Assembly: GCA_012295275.1 (NCBI GenBank)
Contig: CM022666.1
Span: forward strand, 16,740,001-16,804,000
Direction: 5' to 3'
Length of the DNA: 64,000 nucleotides
From: Chrysomallon squamiferum
Taxonomy: Eukaryota; Animalia; Mollusca
The position numbers were made by a program, and so were the translations under genes. The notes under the pieces are model-generated. The model was not told the DNA's origin. It saw nothing but the letters and a program-made list of their open reading frames with translations, and ran no database searches. Position 1 is the stretch's first letter. Every line of letters begins with the position of its first letter. Positions 13,278-53,445 of this stretch are shown piece after piece.

Positions 13278-14166
13278 CAGTATTCCCTCGCTATTCGCGG
13301 GGGTTACGTTCTTTACCCCTCCGCGAATAGCGAAAAACCGCGAATATTGGATGCAGTTTTAAAACGTCTATTATGAGATTATATACGGTACTAAATGCTT
13401 CCCAAACACTTTCTAAAGACACTCTTACTCATTAATACAGTAATAATGTAGTAATATTGCATGCAGTTATGTATTTCACTAATGTAGTAATGATAATGTA
13501 AACACATTTTAATTTTGTACTGAAACAATATTTTAATCAGAAAGAAACGTAAGTGCAGGAGGACAGTAACACCACATAGCATAGTTACCCATACTGTATT
13601 ACTGTACCGTAAAGTCATTTTCTATGCGTACAACATATGTATTAGAATTGACAGAAAGTGGAACAAATTTAAAGGCAAACAGACAGATAAATACAGTACG
13701 CACAGTTCAGGTAATAATAATACAATTCAGTAATAATATGCAATTAAAAACATTATTAATACACGGTCACAAAAAATATGCACTGTACATACAGTGTATG
13801 CATTTATAAAAAAATACGTACTGTATTGCAATAATAATTGAAAAAATTTGATATTGTTTGTGCTGTCACCAATAATAAATGATAATAAAATGATGATGAA
13901 ATTTGCAGTGCCATACGATGATGATGATAACACTAATGTACAGTATGGCACAGCTTAGCTGCTGCTTTACAGCACTTTAGGTAATTATTCCTACTCTTCA
14001 GGCACTTAAGTCTCTATGACCTACAAAAACCCGGTTTACTGAGCATTTGTTTTTATGACGTTATGACGCTAGCCTGGTATACCAGCATACAATGCGATAG
14101 GGTTAAGAGCCTAACCCGCGAATATGCGAGGCCGCGAATGGGGAACCGCGAATAGGTGAGGGTATA

Positions 14167-14169
<3 letters not shown>
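13278..14169. mobile_element. Non-autonomous Tc1/mariner-superfamily (pogo/Tigger-like) DNA transposon, ~890 bp, inserted in (TA)n
   Basis: Left end TA|CAGTATTCCCTCGCTATTCGCGG; reverse complement of right end TA|CAGTATACCCTCACCTATTCGCGG. Subterminal CCGCGAATA repeats at both ends, TA flanks, no transposase ORF. Confidence 0.88.
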
Positions 14170-14197
<28 letters not shown>

Positions 14198-16435
14198 ACT
14201 ACGCTACTACCACTACTACTATTACTTCTACTACTACCACTATTACTGCTACTTCTAATGTTACTTCTATTACTACAACTACTACTATTATTATTATTAT
14301 TACTAAATAAGAAATTCTAAAATTAATACTGTAGATATGATTGAAATCAATCCCTTTTCAAAATGTTTTTTTCGTTTTTCTTTTACGTATAGAAAAAAAA
14401 TGAAAAAGAGAAGGACATTTTTTTATATATTAAACATAAAATAAAACATAAAAATAAAAAAGAAAGTGTGAATGTTTTATTCAAAAGAAACAAAATGTTA
14501 TAAATTTAATTATTTTTAATTTGTACTGTTCTGACGCCGTCAAAAACGTGTTTACAAAGTCGTTTTCTTTACACATAAACTCGACCATGAAATTTCAGCT
14601 AAAAGGAAATCAGTGTTAATTTTGTTTTTAATTAAAAGAGATGAGTCTGCTGGAGAAACTCTACAGGAGCACAGTGGCTAATTGCTTCAAAAATGGCCGC
14701 TTCTCTGGTTACTTTTCATCGTACACAGTTTGTATTGTGAGCTGGCGAGAGAAACGTCAGAAATGTTACCATTTAACATTTATATATATATATATATATA
14801 GATATAGATATATATATATAAAGAAATAAAAATAGAAAAGAAATTAAATCATTCTGAATTATTAATAAAAAATAATTTAATATTCGCTTTACTGAGATCA
14901 GTATTAGAGATTTCTTTTCTTTTCTAAAAATACACGAACGCAGTAATAACAAAATAAATGTTATTTCATGTCATTTTTGTTCATTTTTTTTATTTTTATT
15001 TTTATTTGACAGGTTTACAGATAAGAGACTTTTAATATTTTCTAATTTAATTTTTTGTTGTTGTTTAAAAAAGAAGGCAAATTGCTTTTTATTTTTTTAT
15101 TTATTTATTTATTTATTTTTAAATATTTTCAGTATTTATTTTAGAATTACTGTATTCAAAAGTAGAGGGAAATTGTTGTCCAAAGGAGATAAAAATGAAC
15201 AACAAAAAGAAACTAATATTTAATATACTTTCTTCTAACATTGTCACATATGCGCGGTTTTATTTAGATTATAGTTCGTGTTTCTATGGCTTTACTGTCA
15301 GCTGACCGTCTAGTATTACTAATAAAATGCAGTTGTGCTTCGAAATAGATTTTACAAATAGTACTGAAAACAAACTCGATCTACAACAGATTTTCTAACT
15401 TACAAAATCAAATCTATTTAGATAAAACGTGAATTTTAACTAAAGGTAGTAAAAAAAAAAAAATTAAAAAATTGTCATTTACAAAAGGTCGACTTATCCA
15501 TAATTAATAACACAAGCGTATCATTTTTATTAAAAACTTTTCTTTTTTTAAAACAGAAGATTGCTGATCAATGTTAAAAATATTGGGTTCGGCAACACTG
15601 AACAGAATAGTGTATTTGTTTTTTTAAGTTACTCGTTAAAAGCAGTTTAAACCGATATTGGATCACAAGAAAACAGGCGAATTTATTTCATAGGAATTCT
15701 TCCCAATTCAAAATAAATCATCTCATTACAAGCTGATTCCTTTACACACAAGAACCGTTTACAAAAGCCAAATGTAATTTCTCCACCTCATTAGTTTAAC
15801 AGAATCCCAGCACTTCACACGAACGATACAAAACACTCGACAGTATCAAAATATCCAAAACTGTTTTACAGACGACATTCAAAGGTTTACACCGAGAATC
15901 AAAGCAAATAAAGTTTAACGATGTTGTTCTATTAATTTTTTTTTCTGAAAAGCAAATTTTTTTGTTATATTTAAAAGGAATACCTAAATAACAAAGGTAA
16001 TTTTTTATACTAAAGTCATATTTAATACACGTCCAAGTTCAAACATTCTTTACTTTTTCCTCATTTCTCGAAACAGCTGTGTTCTCTCTGTTTTAACAGT
16101 AAAAATCCATCTGTTTGCATAATCATGTAAGTTATCTGGTAAACTTTGCAAAACCATGCACAGTTTCAGAGAATATAATTAAAATCATCTGCAATGAAAA
16201 CGAAGTTCACCAAGATGTTACACCACGCCACCACCAGCAGTAAAACCTGATTCAGAATGATTACAGATAACTGAAAACTTTAGTGAACGCAATTAAACAG
16301 TCTGACAAGAAGGCGGGTGTTTGTGACAGCTAAACTGGGTATAACCTCGCTTTAGTTTACACTGGACAGTGTCATTATTGGTTTACTTCCGTGTCAAACA
16401 GGTCAACTATCTCTCTTCAGTACATCCTCAGACTA

Positions 16436-16448
16436 GTTGCCTAGTAAC
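16436..16448. promoter_or_regulatory. RFX X-box-like site GTTGCCTAGTAAC with neighbouring forkhead-like motifs
   Basis: Fits GTNRCC-N0-3-RGYAAC; GTTTAC and TGTCAAACA motifs lie within ~90 bp upstream. Confidence 0.4.
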
Positions 16449-16904
16449 ACTCAAACTTCACACTTGTCTCAATTATTATTTTTATTTCTCTAACAACATA
16501 TAATATCTGCCAAGTTGAGATAAAGAAAACAACAAAAACAAAGCATATTTGTCGAGCTTCTTCTAATAGATACCATTAAAATTTATTTTAATCCCCAAGC
16601 TATTCAATATGTCAACCACTTGAATAAACTTTTTATTATAAACACATTTTTCTCTGGAAGAAAAGGTCTCTAAATAAAACAGTTTGAGTCTTTTCAGTTT
16701 TAACTCTGAGATTCCTTTCAGTGCTGCGTGTGTGAACAGAGCCAGTCGTTGTTGTAGCTGTTTCTGACGTAAGTTTAATATCATCAGAATACGCCAAGAA
16801 GAAACACCATGCAAATAGACGCGTTCACAATAGCGTTATTAACTCGTTTATAACAAAAACAAAAACAACTGAACAGCTGTGGAAAAAATCATAAACTTTC
16901 CACA

Positions 16905-17285
16905 TGATTTTAAATTTTGAGATATTGATTTTAAACTTTGATAAAATGATTCTAATCTTTGTTACACTGATTTTAAAGTTTGGTATACTGATTTTAAACT
17001 TTGATGCACTAATTTTAAAGTTTGAGATACTGATTTTAAAGTTTGATATAATGATTCTAATCTTTGTTACACTGATTTTAAAGTTTGATATAATGATTCT
17101 AATCATTTATACACTGATTTTAAACTTTGATATACTGATTTTAAACTTTGATACACTAATTTTAAAGTTTGATATACTGATTTTAAATTCTGATATATTG
17201 ATTTTAAAGTAGCTACACTAAATTTGAAGTAGATACACTAATTCTAAAGTTTGATACGCTGAATTTAAACTTTGATATACTGATC
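16905..17285. repeat. Minisatellite, 21-bp unit CTGATTTTAAACTTTGATATA
   Basis: Directly visible; explains the ILNFDIL-type pseudo-ORFs. Confidence 0.9.
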
Positions 17286-17316
17286 ACAAACGTTGTTTAG
17301 ATAAGTTAGAAGATTT

Positions 17317-17416
<100 letters not shown>

Positions 17417-18757
17417 AAATTGTATTAGTTAACCGATATATCCAGTACGTAAAAGTGAAGTTTGTACCATTACGAGGAATGAAACTAATAGGAATAATAA
17501 AAAAAAAAATAAAAATAAATAAACGACTAGAATCGTGATTGCTTCCTTTTTGTTTTGAAACTAGTTCATTCTTTGTGAAGCAAGTTTTCTGATCATGTTT
17601 TGTGACGTCGTGAAACTAGTTCACCGTTAATTTTACATATAGTGTATCACACAGTGATCAAATCAAAGCACTGGATCAACGTACAAAATACGTCCGCTCT
17701 TTGTTCATAACACTCGACTTGCAGCGTAATCTCCAAATTAACAAAACAACAAGCATTGTCAGAACAAATAATTCTTTACCGTTCACAACTCTTCGATGTC
17801 GTCAAGGGAACGTGTGTACAAGGGTTAAATGAAAAAGAATGTATAAAACTTTACAAGAAATATATATTATTATTATAATAACCAATGCAGTATAGTGTAG
17901 CATAGTTGTACTACTAGCGGTAATAGTAGTAATAATAGTAGTAGTAGTCATAGTACTAATGTAATAGTATTAGTACTAGTAATAGTAGTAATAGAAGTAG
18001 TAGCAGTAATAGCAGTAGTAGCAGTAATAGTAGAAGTAATATTAGTAGTAATAGTAGTAGTAGTAGTAGCAGTAATAGTAGTAGTAGTAGTAGTAGTCGC
18101 GGCAGCAGCAGTAGTATAGCAGTAGTAGTAGTAATAATATTAGTAGTAACAGCAGTGATAACAAGCCAGTGATTAGCGTTTATCAACAAGTGAGAGAAAC
18201 AAGAAATCGGTGAAGGCAAGTTCCTCTCAGCCTGCTAGTCTTTCACTGCTCTGTTTATTAGGCTGAACTGCACGTAATGACTGTGTTTTTGACAATTCTA
18301 AACAGCAGAAGAGGTAATCACTGCTACTCAAGGCTAAACGAGTTAAGATCTAGACACAGTGATTATATGTCCACTCATTTCTGAGACGAACAGGAAACGT
18401 CAACATTTGTTATGCCACAAATGCCGTGTTTAGTTATATATTTGTGTGTGGAAGTAATAATTTACTGGAGCTGACGTAATACGATTTAGAGTTGACGTCA
18501 TCACTCTGTCATTATGTCCTCCCACGTCACATTAATGTCTGTAATCACTGACCTGGATCATAGCTTTCTCTCTAAAGTCGTAAATAGTTAACAACAGGAA
18601 GCTGGGACAAAACAAACAAATAAATAAACAAATAAACATTTAAATATATAAATAAATATATGAATAAATCAGTCAGTAACTAAAATAAATATATATTTAA
18701 GGACAGAAATGTGTTTTAATATAGGCCAGAACTGTTTTCTATCTATCTATCAATCTG

Positions 18758-18815
<58 letters not shown>

Positions 18816-18908
18816 GATAAAATAAATTTGATAATCAAATATAGAAGTGGAAACTAATAATGATAATGATTATTATGATGAAAATTATGAAGGAATAGCA
18901 ACAAGAGA

Positions 18909-19014
<106 letters not shown>

Positions 19015-19273
19015 GATTATATTCTATTTCAGTGATCTTCAGACAGGAATGAAGTTAGTCAGGCGTTACAGTTTAAAACGAGGAACCTTGTAACCTGCTA
19101 ATAGCGTGGTCAGACAACTGTCTTTTGTACTTGATGTTTGAGTGATAACAGCAGATCACGAAACACTGAAATTTAATACACTGACTGGGCTCACAGAATC
19201 ATTGATATAATAATTACACATAATACAGAATAATCTTTTCTCGTTAACATACTAGACTCGGGCCTACTGGTAA

Positions 19274-19420
<147 letters not shown>

Positions 19421-19578
19421 GTATGTATGTGTGTGTACGTGTGTATTTAGGATTATAGATATGTGTTTGTGTGTATATAAATATGCATGTATGTATGTAG
19501 GTAGGTATGTATGTGTATGTGCGTCTCTACGTGTGTTTAGGTATACAGGTATTTATATGTATATATGTGTTTATATAC

Positions 19579-19668
<90 letters not shown>

Positions 19669-19770
19669 GCTTATGTGTGTCTGTATGTGTGTGAATATAT
19701 GTGTATGTATTTACTTATTTATATAGGTATGTGTAAGTGTGTGTATCTCTGTGTATGTGAGGGGACACAA

Positions 19771-20110
19771 TGACGTCAGACGTATTATTGACATATTTGA
19801 GATAACGACGTCTGTCTTACGTAAACGTCACGTCGGGGTCAACAGCACGTGATGACTTGAAGATGGGGCTGATCAATTATTGAGGTTACTGGTCTGAACT
19901 GGCTCGTGTTCTGACAGCGCCACGCGGTGCAGACTGGTCTATTAAAGGAGTCACGCTGTTTCTTCACTTGAGTGTGGACGGCAAACTTCCGGTCATGGCG
20001 ACTCTGCTGGCTGTGAGGTCTGAGTGAAAAACACGAACTTTTCTTCTCAACCATTAGCGATCCTTTTAACTCCGCTTAGTAGCGAGCTATTTTAGTGTAA
20101 GATATCGACC
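19771..20110. promoter_or_regulatory. CpG-rich candidate enhancer/promoter with full CRE (TGACGTCA 19771), TTACGTAA and CACGTG sites
   Basis: Island of unique CpG-rich sequence between microsatellites with clustered bZIP/E-box palindromes. Confidence 0.35.
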
Positions 20111-20357
20111 AGCTCAGCCTGTTAATAGCGTGTGTGTGTGTGTGTGTGTGACTGTGTGTATGTGTCTGTGTGTGTATGTGTCTGTGTGTATGTGTCTGTG
20201 TGTGTGTGTATATGTGGTTGTGTCTGTGTGTGTGAGTGTGTGTGTGTGAGTGTATGTGTGTGTGTGTCTGTGTGTATATGTGTGTGTGTCTGTGTATGTG
20301 AGTGTGTGTGTATATGAGTGTGTGTGTATGTGTGTGTGTCTGTGTGTATATGTGTGT

Positions 20358-20391
<34 letters not shown>

Positions 20392-20828
20392 CTGTGTGTA
20401 TATGTGTGTGTGTCTGTGTGTGTGTGTGTGTGTGTATATGAGTGTGTGTGTAAATGTGTGAATTTGTGTGAATCTGTGTGTGTGTATATGAGTGTGTGTG
20501 TGTGTGTGTGTGTCTGAATGTGTATATGTGTGTGTCTTTGTGTATATTGTATGTAAATATATGAATTATGTTTATATGAATGCGTGTATATCTTTGTGAT
20601 TGTATGTGTATTTGAATTATGTTTGAATGCGCTTGTGACTGTATAAAAGCACTTTTGTTGGTGTTTGTATTTGCGTATAAGTATTAGTAAATGAGTATGA
20701 CTATAAAAATATTGTGGGAATACGTGTTCAGTTTATTGTGCGTGATTTATAGAATGGTAGATATTTTGTTCCCAGTTGACTGACTGCCGATAGGTGATCT
20801 TTATTTATTTACTGCAGTTGTAGTTAAT

Positions 20829-20896
<68 letters not shown>

Positions 20897-21333
20897 TTGT
20901 ATTTTGATACTGTGAGAATCAATGTTGTGTATGACAGTTTTCGACTCAAGTGTTCGTGTGTGTATGTGTTTGTATGTTTTATATATTCAGTGTGTAGTCA
21001 GTAAAATAACATTTCTTTCAGTTAAAACTATCTATAAATTGTTTACTTCACTCGTTATCCAGACTGAACCTCCGAGATCACAAAATTACATCATCAGTTT
21101 GACAACTCTTAAAGTAGTCCATTTAAATGTGAGAAAACTTGGTAAATGGTTTATTAAACAGTTATATCAAGTAATGACGTAAATTTTATATGACATAGAT
21201 TCATTATTATTATTATTATTATAATTATTTATTTATTTATTTATTCATTAATTAATGAAACAACAAACAACATAAAATAAAATTATACTGTACTAAAGAA
21301 ACACATTTTTATTGTTATTGTTATTATTATTGT

Positions 21334-21384
<51 letters not shown>

Positions 21385-21643
21385 TCTTTAAAATTATTGA
21401 AAGTATGCTAAGTAAAGTTCTAATGCTCTCCCCTTTCTCTGTTGATTACGTACGCAGTTTTGCTTACTACGCCAGATTACGTCATATAAAAGGAACTATT
21501 CTTAGCAACTTGGAATAGTTTTCCCTAGATAGAAGAATTGGATTTTTAATAATATTTCAGTAGAGGTAAAATATTATTTTATTAATATTTGTAAGTGTTT
21601 ATTAATAATACTGCTTGGGGTTTAATATATCATTACATTATTA

Positions 21644-21674
<31 letters not shown>

Positions 21675-22442
21675 CATACATACATACATACATACATACA
21701 TACATACATACATACATACATACACAGATATACTTACGTACTGAAACACATGCATACATACATTCGCTTATTTGAAATTTACTTGCAGGTTCACAAATCA
21801 GCCTGGATGGTTTAGTTGTTTCATTTTTGCGTGATTCCGTGCAACCAAGGTACAAAGTATTTTTTTAATTTTTTTTTTTTAAAAGGTAGATAATCCGTAA
21901 AATTATTTATTTACAAACACTACTAGAAATCTACAGCAACAACAACGATACCGCGGATTTCCTCATTTACGTGACAACGTTTTCACAGACACAACTGTAC
22001 CTTCATTCATTCGTTAATTCGTTCGTCCTTTTTAAGGTAGATAATCCATACAATTATTAATTTATAAATAGATTAACAAATGAATGAATAAATAAATAAA
22101 TAATGAGACAAAGTAACAATGAAACAAACAAACAAACAAACAAACAAACAAATAAATAAATAAATAAATACATACATACATACATAAATGAATAAAAAAA
22201 TAAAAGACAAAGAAACAAGTCGTATTACGAGTGTTACGACTGTTCGTACGTTTATTCATTTTGTGTCATGGCTGAGATGAACTTGCGATATCTCAGTCAG
22301 TTCTGAGCAGAAAGAGACGTCCACGTAGTTACACGAACTGTGACGTAGATGTAAATCCTCTGGGCTGACATTATGGATTTCTAGCAATTAGTTTATATCT
22401 GTGAGATACATATAATCCAGAATGTCACCTGCAGGAAAGAAT

Positions 22443-22495
<53 letters not shown>

Positions 22496-23786
22496 TGTGT
22501 GTGTAGTATATATATATACGTACATACATACTACATACACACACATACATAAAATAATGAGTTATTAGTTGAAGTAAATTTAACACTTCTCTGCTTATAA
22601 ATAGAAAAACAACAACAATGATGATGATAATAATAATAATAATGACAATAACAACAACAACAATAATAATAATAAAAAAACACAGACAGAAATAACAATA
22701 AGGATGAGGATGACAATAATAACAATATCAATAACAACATGAACAAAAACAAACACAACAAAAGCAATGATAAATATAAGGACGAAAATGATGATACTAC
22801 TACTGCTAATAATAACACAATCACAAAAACAACAACAACCACAACAACAATTATGATGATGATGAAGATGGTAATAAATAATAAAATATGATAAAATTGT
22901 ATTTATATATTTTTATTTTTATTTTTTTCAGTTGCATTTTTGTAATGAGTTCTAATGTCTTCATGTGGAGAAATTTTCAAACCGATCAAATGTTTTGTGA
23001 GAGTGTATTATTCATTAAGGTGAGGTAACAAATAATAACAATAACTCTAATTTTAAGAAGTAGAAGCAGCAGCAGCAGTAGTAGTAGTAGTAATAGTAGT
23101 AGCAGTAGTAGTAGTAGTAGCAGTTTAGGAAAGGTCTTGGATGTTGCAATATTGAGCGAACGCTAGATAACAGAGCACTGTTGTAAGATGAATGTCAACG
23201 CTCCTACGTAAAAGCAGCTGTGACGTAACACTCACTGTTCTTTGTCAAATTATATAAGAGAAGAAATGTAAAAAATAATTACATACCCTATAACATGCTT
23301 TAAGCTAGGGCTTATCTACATTTATATTTTAGTCACTCTATAGCTGGGCACGAATTATCAGTTCTGATAAATAAATAAATAAATAAATAGACAGATAGAC
23401 AGACGGCCAGGAAGACAGTCAGACAGATAGATCTATAGACAGACAGATAGATATATAGATAGACAGACAAATAGATCTATAGACACAGATAGATAGACAA
23501 ATAGATAGATCAGACAGATAGATAGATAGATAGATAGATAAACAGACTAGATATACAGATATATTAGATAGATAGATAAACAGATAGGTAGGTAGGTAGG
23601 GAGATAGATAAGTAAGTGAATAAGTAAATAAATAAATTAATGAGAACGTTGATATGTAATTAATGATGTTTGACTTCTGCATGATATATACGTATATACT
23701 CAGAATGATACGAACTTGCGAGCACATACACAGTAACGCAGAAAAATAAACATAGTATACAGTAATATACAGTAATATAACAATAC

Positions 23787-23988
<202 letters not shown>

Positions 23989-24690
23989 GTTGAAACGCTT
24001 GATAACACACACACACACATAATCACATATTACCAACATATACACATAAACAATACTAACACAAGGCAACAGATACGCAACTGTCCGCGGACTTGAACCC
24101 GCTGTCAGAACATTAGGTCCGCTCCTGGAATCACTTCTGTGAAGTTTACTTGTCACTCTGTCTTCCAGCCTGTCTGAGAAAATGAAGGGAGTGAATTAAA
24201 TTTTGATTAAAAAGAAATTACGATATTTTAACGTACGAAAATGAAAAGTAATTGTTTCATAGGTAAAGCAACAATAACAACAATAACAACAACAACAACA
24301 TTAATAATAATAATAAATAATAATAATGTTGTTGATGACAATGAAGAGTCTTCATCCAAGTTTTCGTCATCATCTTCATTATTATTATATAATTATCAGT
24401 TAATGATCTTCATTTTTCATCAATCCATCCTTCCATCCTTCTGTGTTTCCGGACATCTTTCTTTCATCAGGCTCATTTTATCTATTTCACTCACACCAGG
24501 TACATTACTCTTACACCTCAACATACTTTGCAGAGTTATTTCCCCTGTAGAAACACAATTTAATATAACGCATCGATTACAAAAAATGTACTAAAAAATA
24601 TAACAATAATAAAAAATAAGTAAGTAAATAAATAAATAAATAAACAATATAAATAAGTTCAATAATAATAATAAAAATAATAAAAATAAA

Positions 24691-24737
<47 letters not shown>

Positions 24738-24781
24738 CATAAATAAATACATAAATAAATACATAAAGAAATAAAGAAATA

Positions 24782-24817
<36 letters not shown>

Positions 24818-25348
24818 AATAGATAAAAATTTTAAATGTAGTAATCGGTTATGCTGTGAAGATTTGATCACGTGACTGAAATCAATAAGTTATAAACGAA
24901 ACAGAAAGTACAAAATATAATTTGTAACATTAAAAATACAGCATTAATAGTAAGCAGACTTTACATTCTTTAGCTCGAATTTCTCTTCAAGAAGGTTTTG
25001 TACACGTAAGAAACAGTTGACAGAAGACTGATTCAAAACTTTTTTATTTTTAATACAAATGTTGAAATTGCTAGATACAAAACCAATTACAGCAGCAAAA
25101 AGAGATATAGAAAAAAAAAAAAAAAAAAAAAAAAAAAAACAGAAAAAAAAAAAAATAAATAAATAAATAAACGAACGAAAAAATCTCAAATAAAATAAAA
25201 TAAAATAAAATAAAATAAAATAATTATTCTAAACAAATAGACTAAAATTATAACAGATGTATGAAAGCATAAATAATGTTTAAATTAAAATTTTGATAAA
25301 AAAGCAAGTAAGGAACAGACAAACAAACAAACAAACTAACTAAATAAT

Positions 25349-25418
<70 letters not shown>

Positions 25419-25829
25419 TACTGATCAAAGGAAATACAAAATGTGACAGAATTTGTTTTGTTTATTATTTCTGTAATATCTTTCTATCCTCGTCTTTCTT
25501 CTGTAAAATAAGGTATTAAAAGTAATTCGATACGTTTTACTGCCATACAATTAAGCACGTAATTATAAAGCTGGGCCTATTATGTAGGTACTGAGGTATG
25601 TATTTTTAACTGTAGTGTCCTACAGTAACTTCACGCTTGCCTGAGTGTGTCTTTGTTGTTCGACTGGCTTTGGTTACATCCTCAATAAAGAACCGTTACC
25701 CCTCACACAATGGACTCTTTACGTCGATAGAACTTGCTTCACTTTGCTCAGAATGTGAGAAGACGAGTGTTTAATACAGAACAGATTTATGTTTAACTAC
25801 AGGCCAGAAGTGCGCTGTAATACTTTCCA

Positions 25830-26005
25830 GAACTGTGTTTTAATACAGGACACAACTGTGTTTTAATACAGGACAGGACTGTGTTTTAATACAGAACAGA
25901 ATTGTGTTTTAATACGGAACAGAATTGTGTTTTAATACAGAACAGGACTGTGTTTTAATACAGAACAGGATTGTGTTTAATACAGAACAGGACTGTGTTT
26001 TAAAA
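25830..26005. repeat. Minisatellite, 23-bp unit CTGTGTTTTAATACAGAACAGGA
   Basis: Directly visible. Confidence 0.85.
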
Positions 26006-26264
26006 CAAGCCAAAACTCTGATTGGTGTTGAGAAGAAACGTTTTAATGAAAAGCTGACACAGCGAATGGGAGAAGACGACCGGCGTTAACTACTGTCATA
26101 CACGACTAGCGGATTCACAAACACTTGTATTCCGCACCGCGCGCCTCACAACGCTTACAGACAAACCGGCATCGAGTCGTCTGCTTTCACTCAGCTACAG
26201 ACAACAACACCGTGGTTGTCACACAGACAACACTGACTTTTGATTTTTACATCTACATGTTTAG

Positions 26265-26412
26265 TTTTTACATGTTATAGACAGACAACTGTGTGTTTTG
26301 TTTTTACATGTTATAGACAGACAACTGTGTGTTTTGTTTTTACATGTTATAAACAGACAACTGTGTGTTTTGTTTTTACATGTTGTAGACAGACAACTGT
26401 GTGTTTTGTTTT
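26265..26412. repeat. Minisatellite, 36-bp unit GTTTTTACATGTTATAGACAGACAACTGTGTGTTTT, ~4 copies
   Basis: Directly visible just upstream of first exon A. Confidence 0.9.
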
Positions 26413-26486
26413 CAAAGGATACCAAACGTCAGGCAGCTTTTCTCTTATTCTCCGTCTACTACGCTGTAGCTGATGAATCACTGACA

Positions 26487-50800
<24,314 letters not shown>

Positions 50801-51035
50801 ATTCTGCAAAATACGTTACATGTAAGTAAAGCCAGAATTTTGAATTTTTAGTTATTTTTATTGTTTTTAGAGCAACAGCTGTCACTGAAAATACTGCCAC
50901 TTTTAACTCTGCTGTTATTATTAGTAGTAGTAGTACTAGTAGTACTAGTAGTACTGGTATCATTGTCATTATTATTATCGTTAATATCATTATTATTATT
51001 ATTATAGTTATTATTTTTGTTATTAATATATTATA

Positions 51036-51091
<56 letters not shown>

Positions 51092-51559
51092 GATTTGTTT
51101 TTACACATCTAAGAACTGTTGATTTTTATCAACAAATAAAATATTACGTAAGACAATATGTAGTTTGTGACCTGTGAAATTAGTTGAAGATTCTGAGACT
51201 GTCATTAATCAAAGCTGATACAAAAATATAAAAATATATTTTTGACGTGTGAAGATGTTTTGAGGAAACATTTCAGGAAGCTGGCAGGATTTCATCGTTT
51301 GTTAATGATTCTGCTCCTACAGATGTTTACCTTTTATGTCTACTGCAGATGTTTTCCAGTTACTGTGTAGATGTGTTAAGATGATTATCCACTCCTGTTT
51401 TCTCTCTGATCTCACGTGATGCAATTCGTGACAGCTGAGTGAAATTGAATCAACTTATTGTCAACGGTTTAAACCAGTCAAGTTCACAAATAAGTCATGG
51501 ATAAGACGGCACTCATCTGCAATTTACTAACAAAACAAAAACAACCTAGAAATCAACAA

Positions 51560-51730
51560 ATTAGTAAAAGCTGGTTGTATTAGGAAATGCTGGTTCTGTT
51601 AGAAAAGCTAGTTCTATTAGTAAAAGCTGGTTCTATTTGTTGAAGCTAGTTCTATTAGTAAAAGCTAGTTCTATTAGTAAAAGCTAGTTCTATTAGTAAA
51701 AGCTGGTTCTATTAGTAAAAGCTGGTTCTC
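51560..51730. repeat. Minisatellite, 19-bp unit GCTAGTTCTATTAGTAAAA
   Basis: Directly visible. Confidence 0.85.
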
Positions 51731-53289
51731 TTAGTTCTCTTAAGAGAACACTGAATTTTTATCCTGCATAAAATTCTTCTGAATAATGGCACTGAATTGG
51801 AGAAAAAACCCACAATAATAACAGTAACAAAACAAACAAACAAAACAGTAACAAAACAAAGAAACAAAGCACTAAATAAAATATAAATAATGTACATAAT
51901 AATGATAATTACACTGTTGTTATTTTCAGGAAATCACAGAAGAATGTTGAAGATTGACATCAGAGTGGATCTGTGTGTCTCGGACATGATGAATTATATA
52001 GCACCCACCAGAAGTACCCACCCTAACTCATACTTCATAACACTGGTATTACGTTAATCAGTACCTGACAGTAGTGTCATACAACTCATATCTCACAGGG
52101 AGCTGTCAGTAACGTTATTTCTGTCACGTTTATTTTTTATTTTTAACATCAAGGTTATTACAGTTTTTATTTATCCTGTCATTTCTCGTCTGTGATAACT
52201 CTAACTATTGTAAACTCTTATATATTTATTTATTATGTATTTGTTTATTTACTCTCATATTATGTACGTATTTATTGTTTTGTTTTTACTGTTTAGTTAT
52301 GATTGTATATCAGGGAAAAGGAGGACTGTCTGAAGTGCTTGTTTAATATTTTATATTGTTTTACACTGGCGTTTAAGAAAAAGTAAATAATTCCAATTTG
52401 TTTCTTTACATTACTGAAAATTAATATTAAATTATTTACATTTGATAATGGTTCTAAATATCAGAAAATTTAAAAAAAATATATGATAAAATATTTTCAG
52501 AAATAGATAATTGTTTCTGAAGGCAGCTTTTCAAATCATGAAGACGTTAAAAATAAAAAATTTGTATCAATTTCTTTTGATATTTTTATTCTTTGTGACA
52601 TATTTAAAAAAAAGGTATATTTAGCTATGAATTTATTTGTACCTCTATATAATTAACCATGTAGTGCTTACTGTACATAGTTGTGTTTTGTAAATACTAA
52701 CTATTTAATATCTTGTAAAATAAATGAAAACTGCACAAAATTGACATTTCTTCTTGTTCTTTTTTCAAAAAAAAAAACAAATAAAAATAAAAAAAATAAA
52801 AATAATAAAAAAAATAAAATAAAATAAAGAAAATAAAGAAAAAAATAAGGAAAATTGACAAATATTTTCTTGCTATTTGTGTTTTAAAAGACAAGTTTAA
52901 AAACGGAAATTTAAAATGTGTAAAGCACAAGAATAAAAAATGCATGTTTAAAATTCAAGTACAAAAATTTAAAAAAATTAAAAAAATAAAAAAACATTTA
53001 AAAATACAAGTTTAAAAACACATTTAAAAATACAAGTGTAAAAACACATTTAAAAATACAAGATTAAAAACACTTTTAAAAATACAAGTTTAAAAACACA
53101 TTTAAAAGCATGGCTGTACATGCTGTGACTTGATATGTTTCAGTAAAACTTTTCTTTGTGTTGCACCTGCACTTTCAATTACCTGTGTGTGGAAACTTAA
53201 AACAAATTTTCTGTTTGACATTGCAGTGATATTACAGTGGCAGATTATAAAACTGTATTTAATTGAAAACAATGGCTAGTTGAACAGTT

Positions 53290-53445
53290 GTTTTCAACAA
53301 TGGTTACTTGTCTCAAACATTTAAACAATGGCTACATGTCTCAAACAATTAAACAATGGTTACATTTCAAACAATTAAACAATGGTTACTTGTCTCAAAC
53401 AATTAAACAATGGTTACGTCTCAAACAATTAAACAATGGTTACGT
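53290..53445. repeat. Minisatellite, ~27-bp unit AACAATGGTTACTTGTCTCAAACAATTA
   Basis: Directly visible. Confidence 0.85.

Noticed and set aside
22932-23019. Plus-strand segment with strong acceptor and AAG|gtgagg donor
   Set aside because: Its ATG frames are not phase-compatible with exon A; could be UTR but is unsupported.
24083-24125. Minus-strand T-arm/B-box GCGGGTTCAAGTCCGC
   Set aside because: No A-box or acceptor stem found; cannot support a tRNA call.
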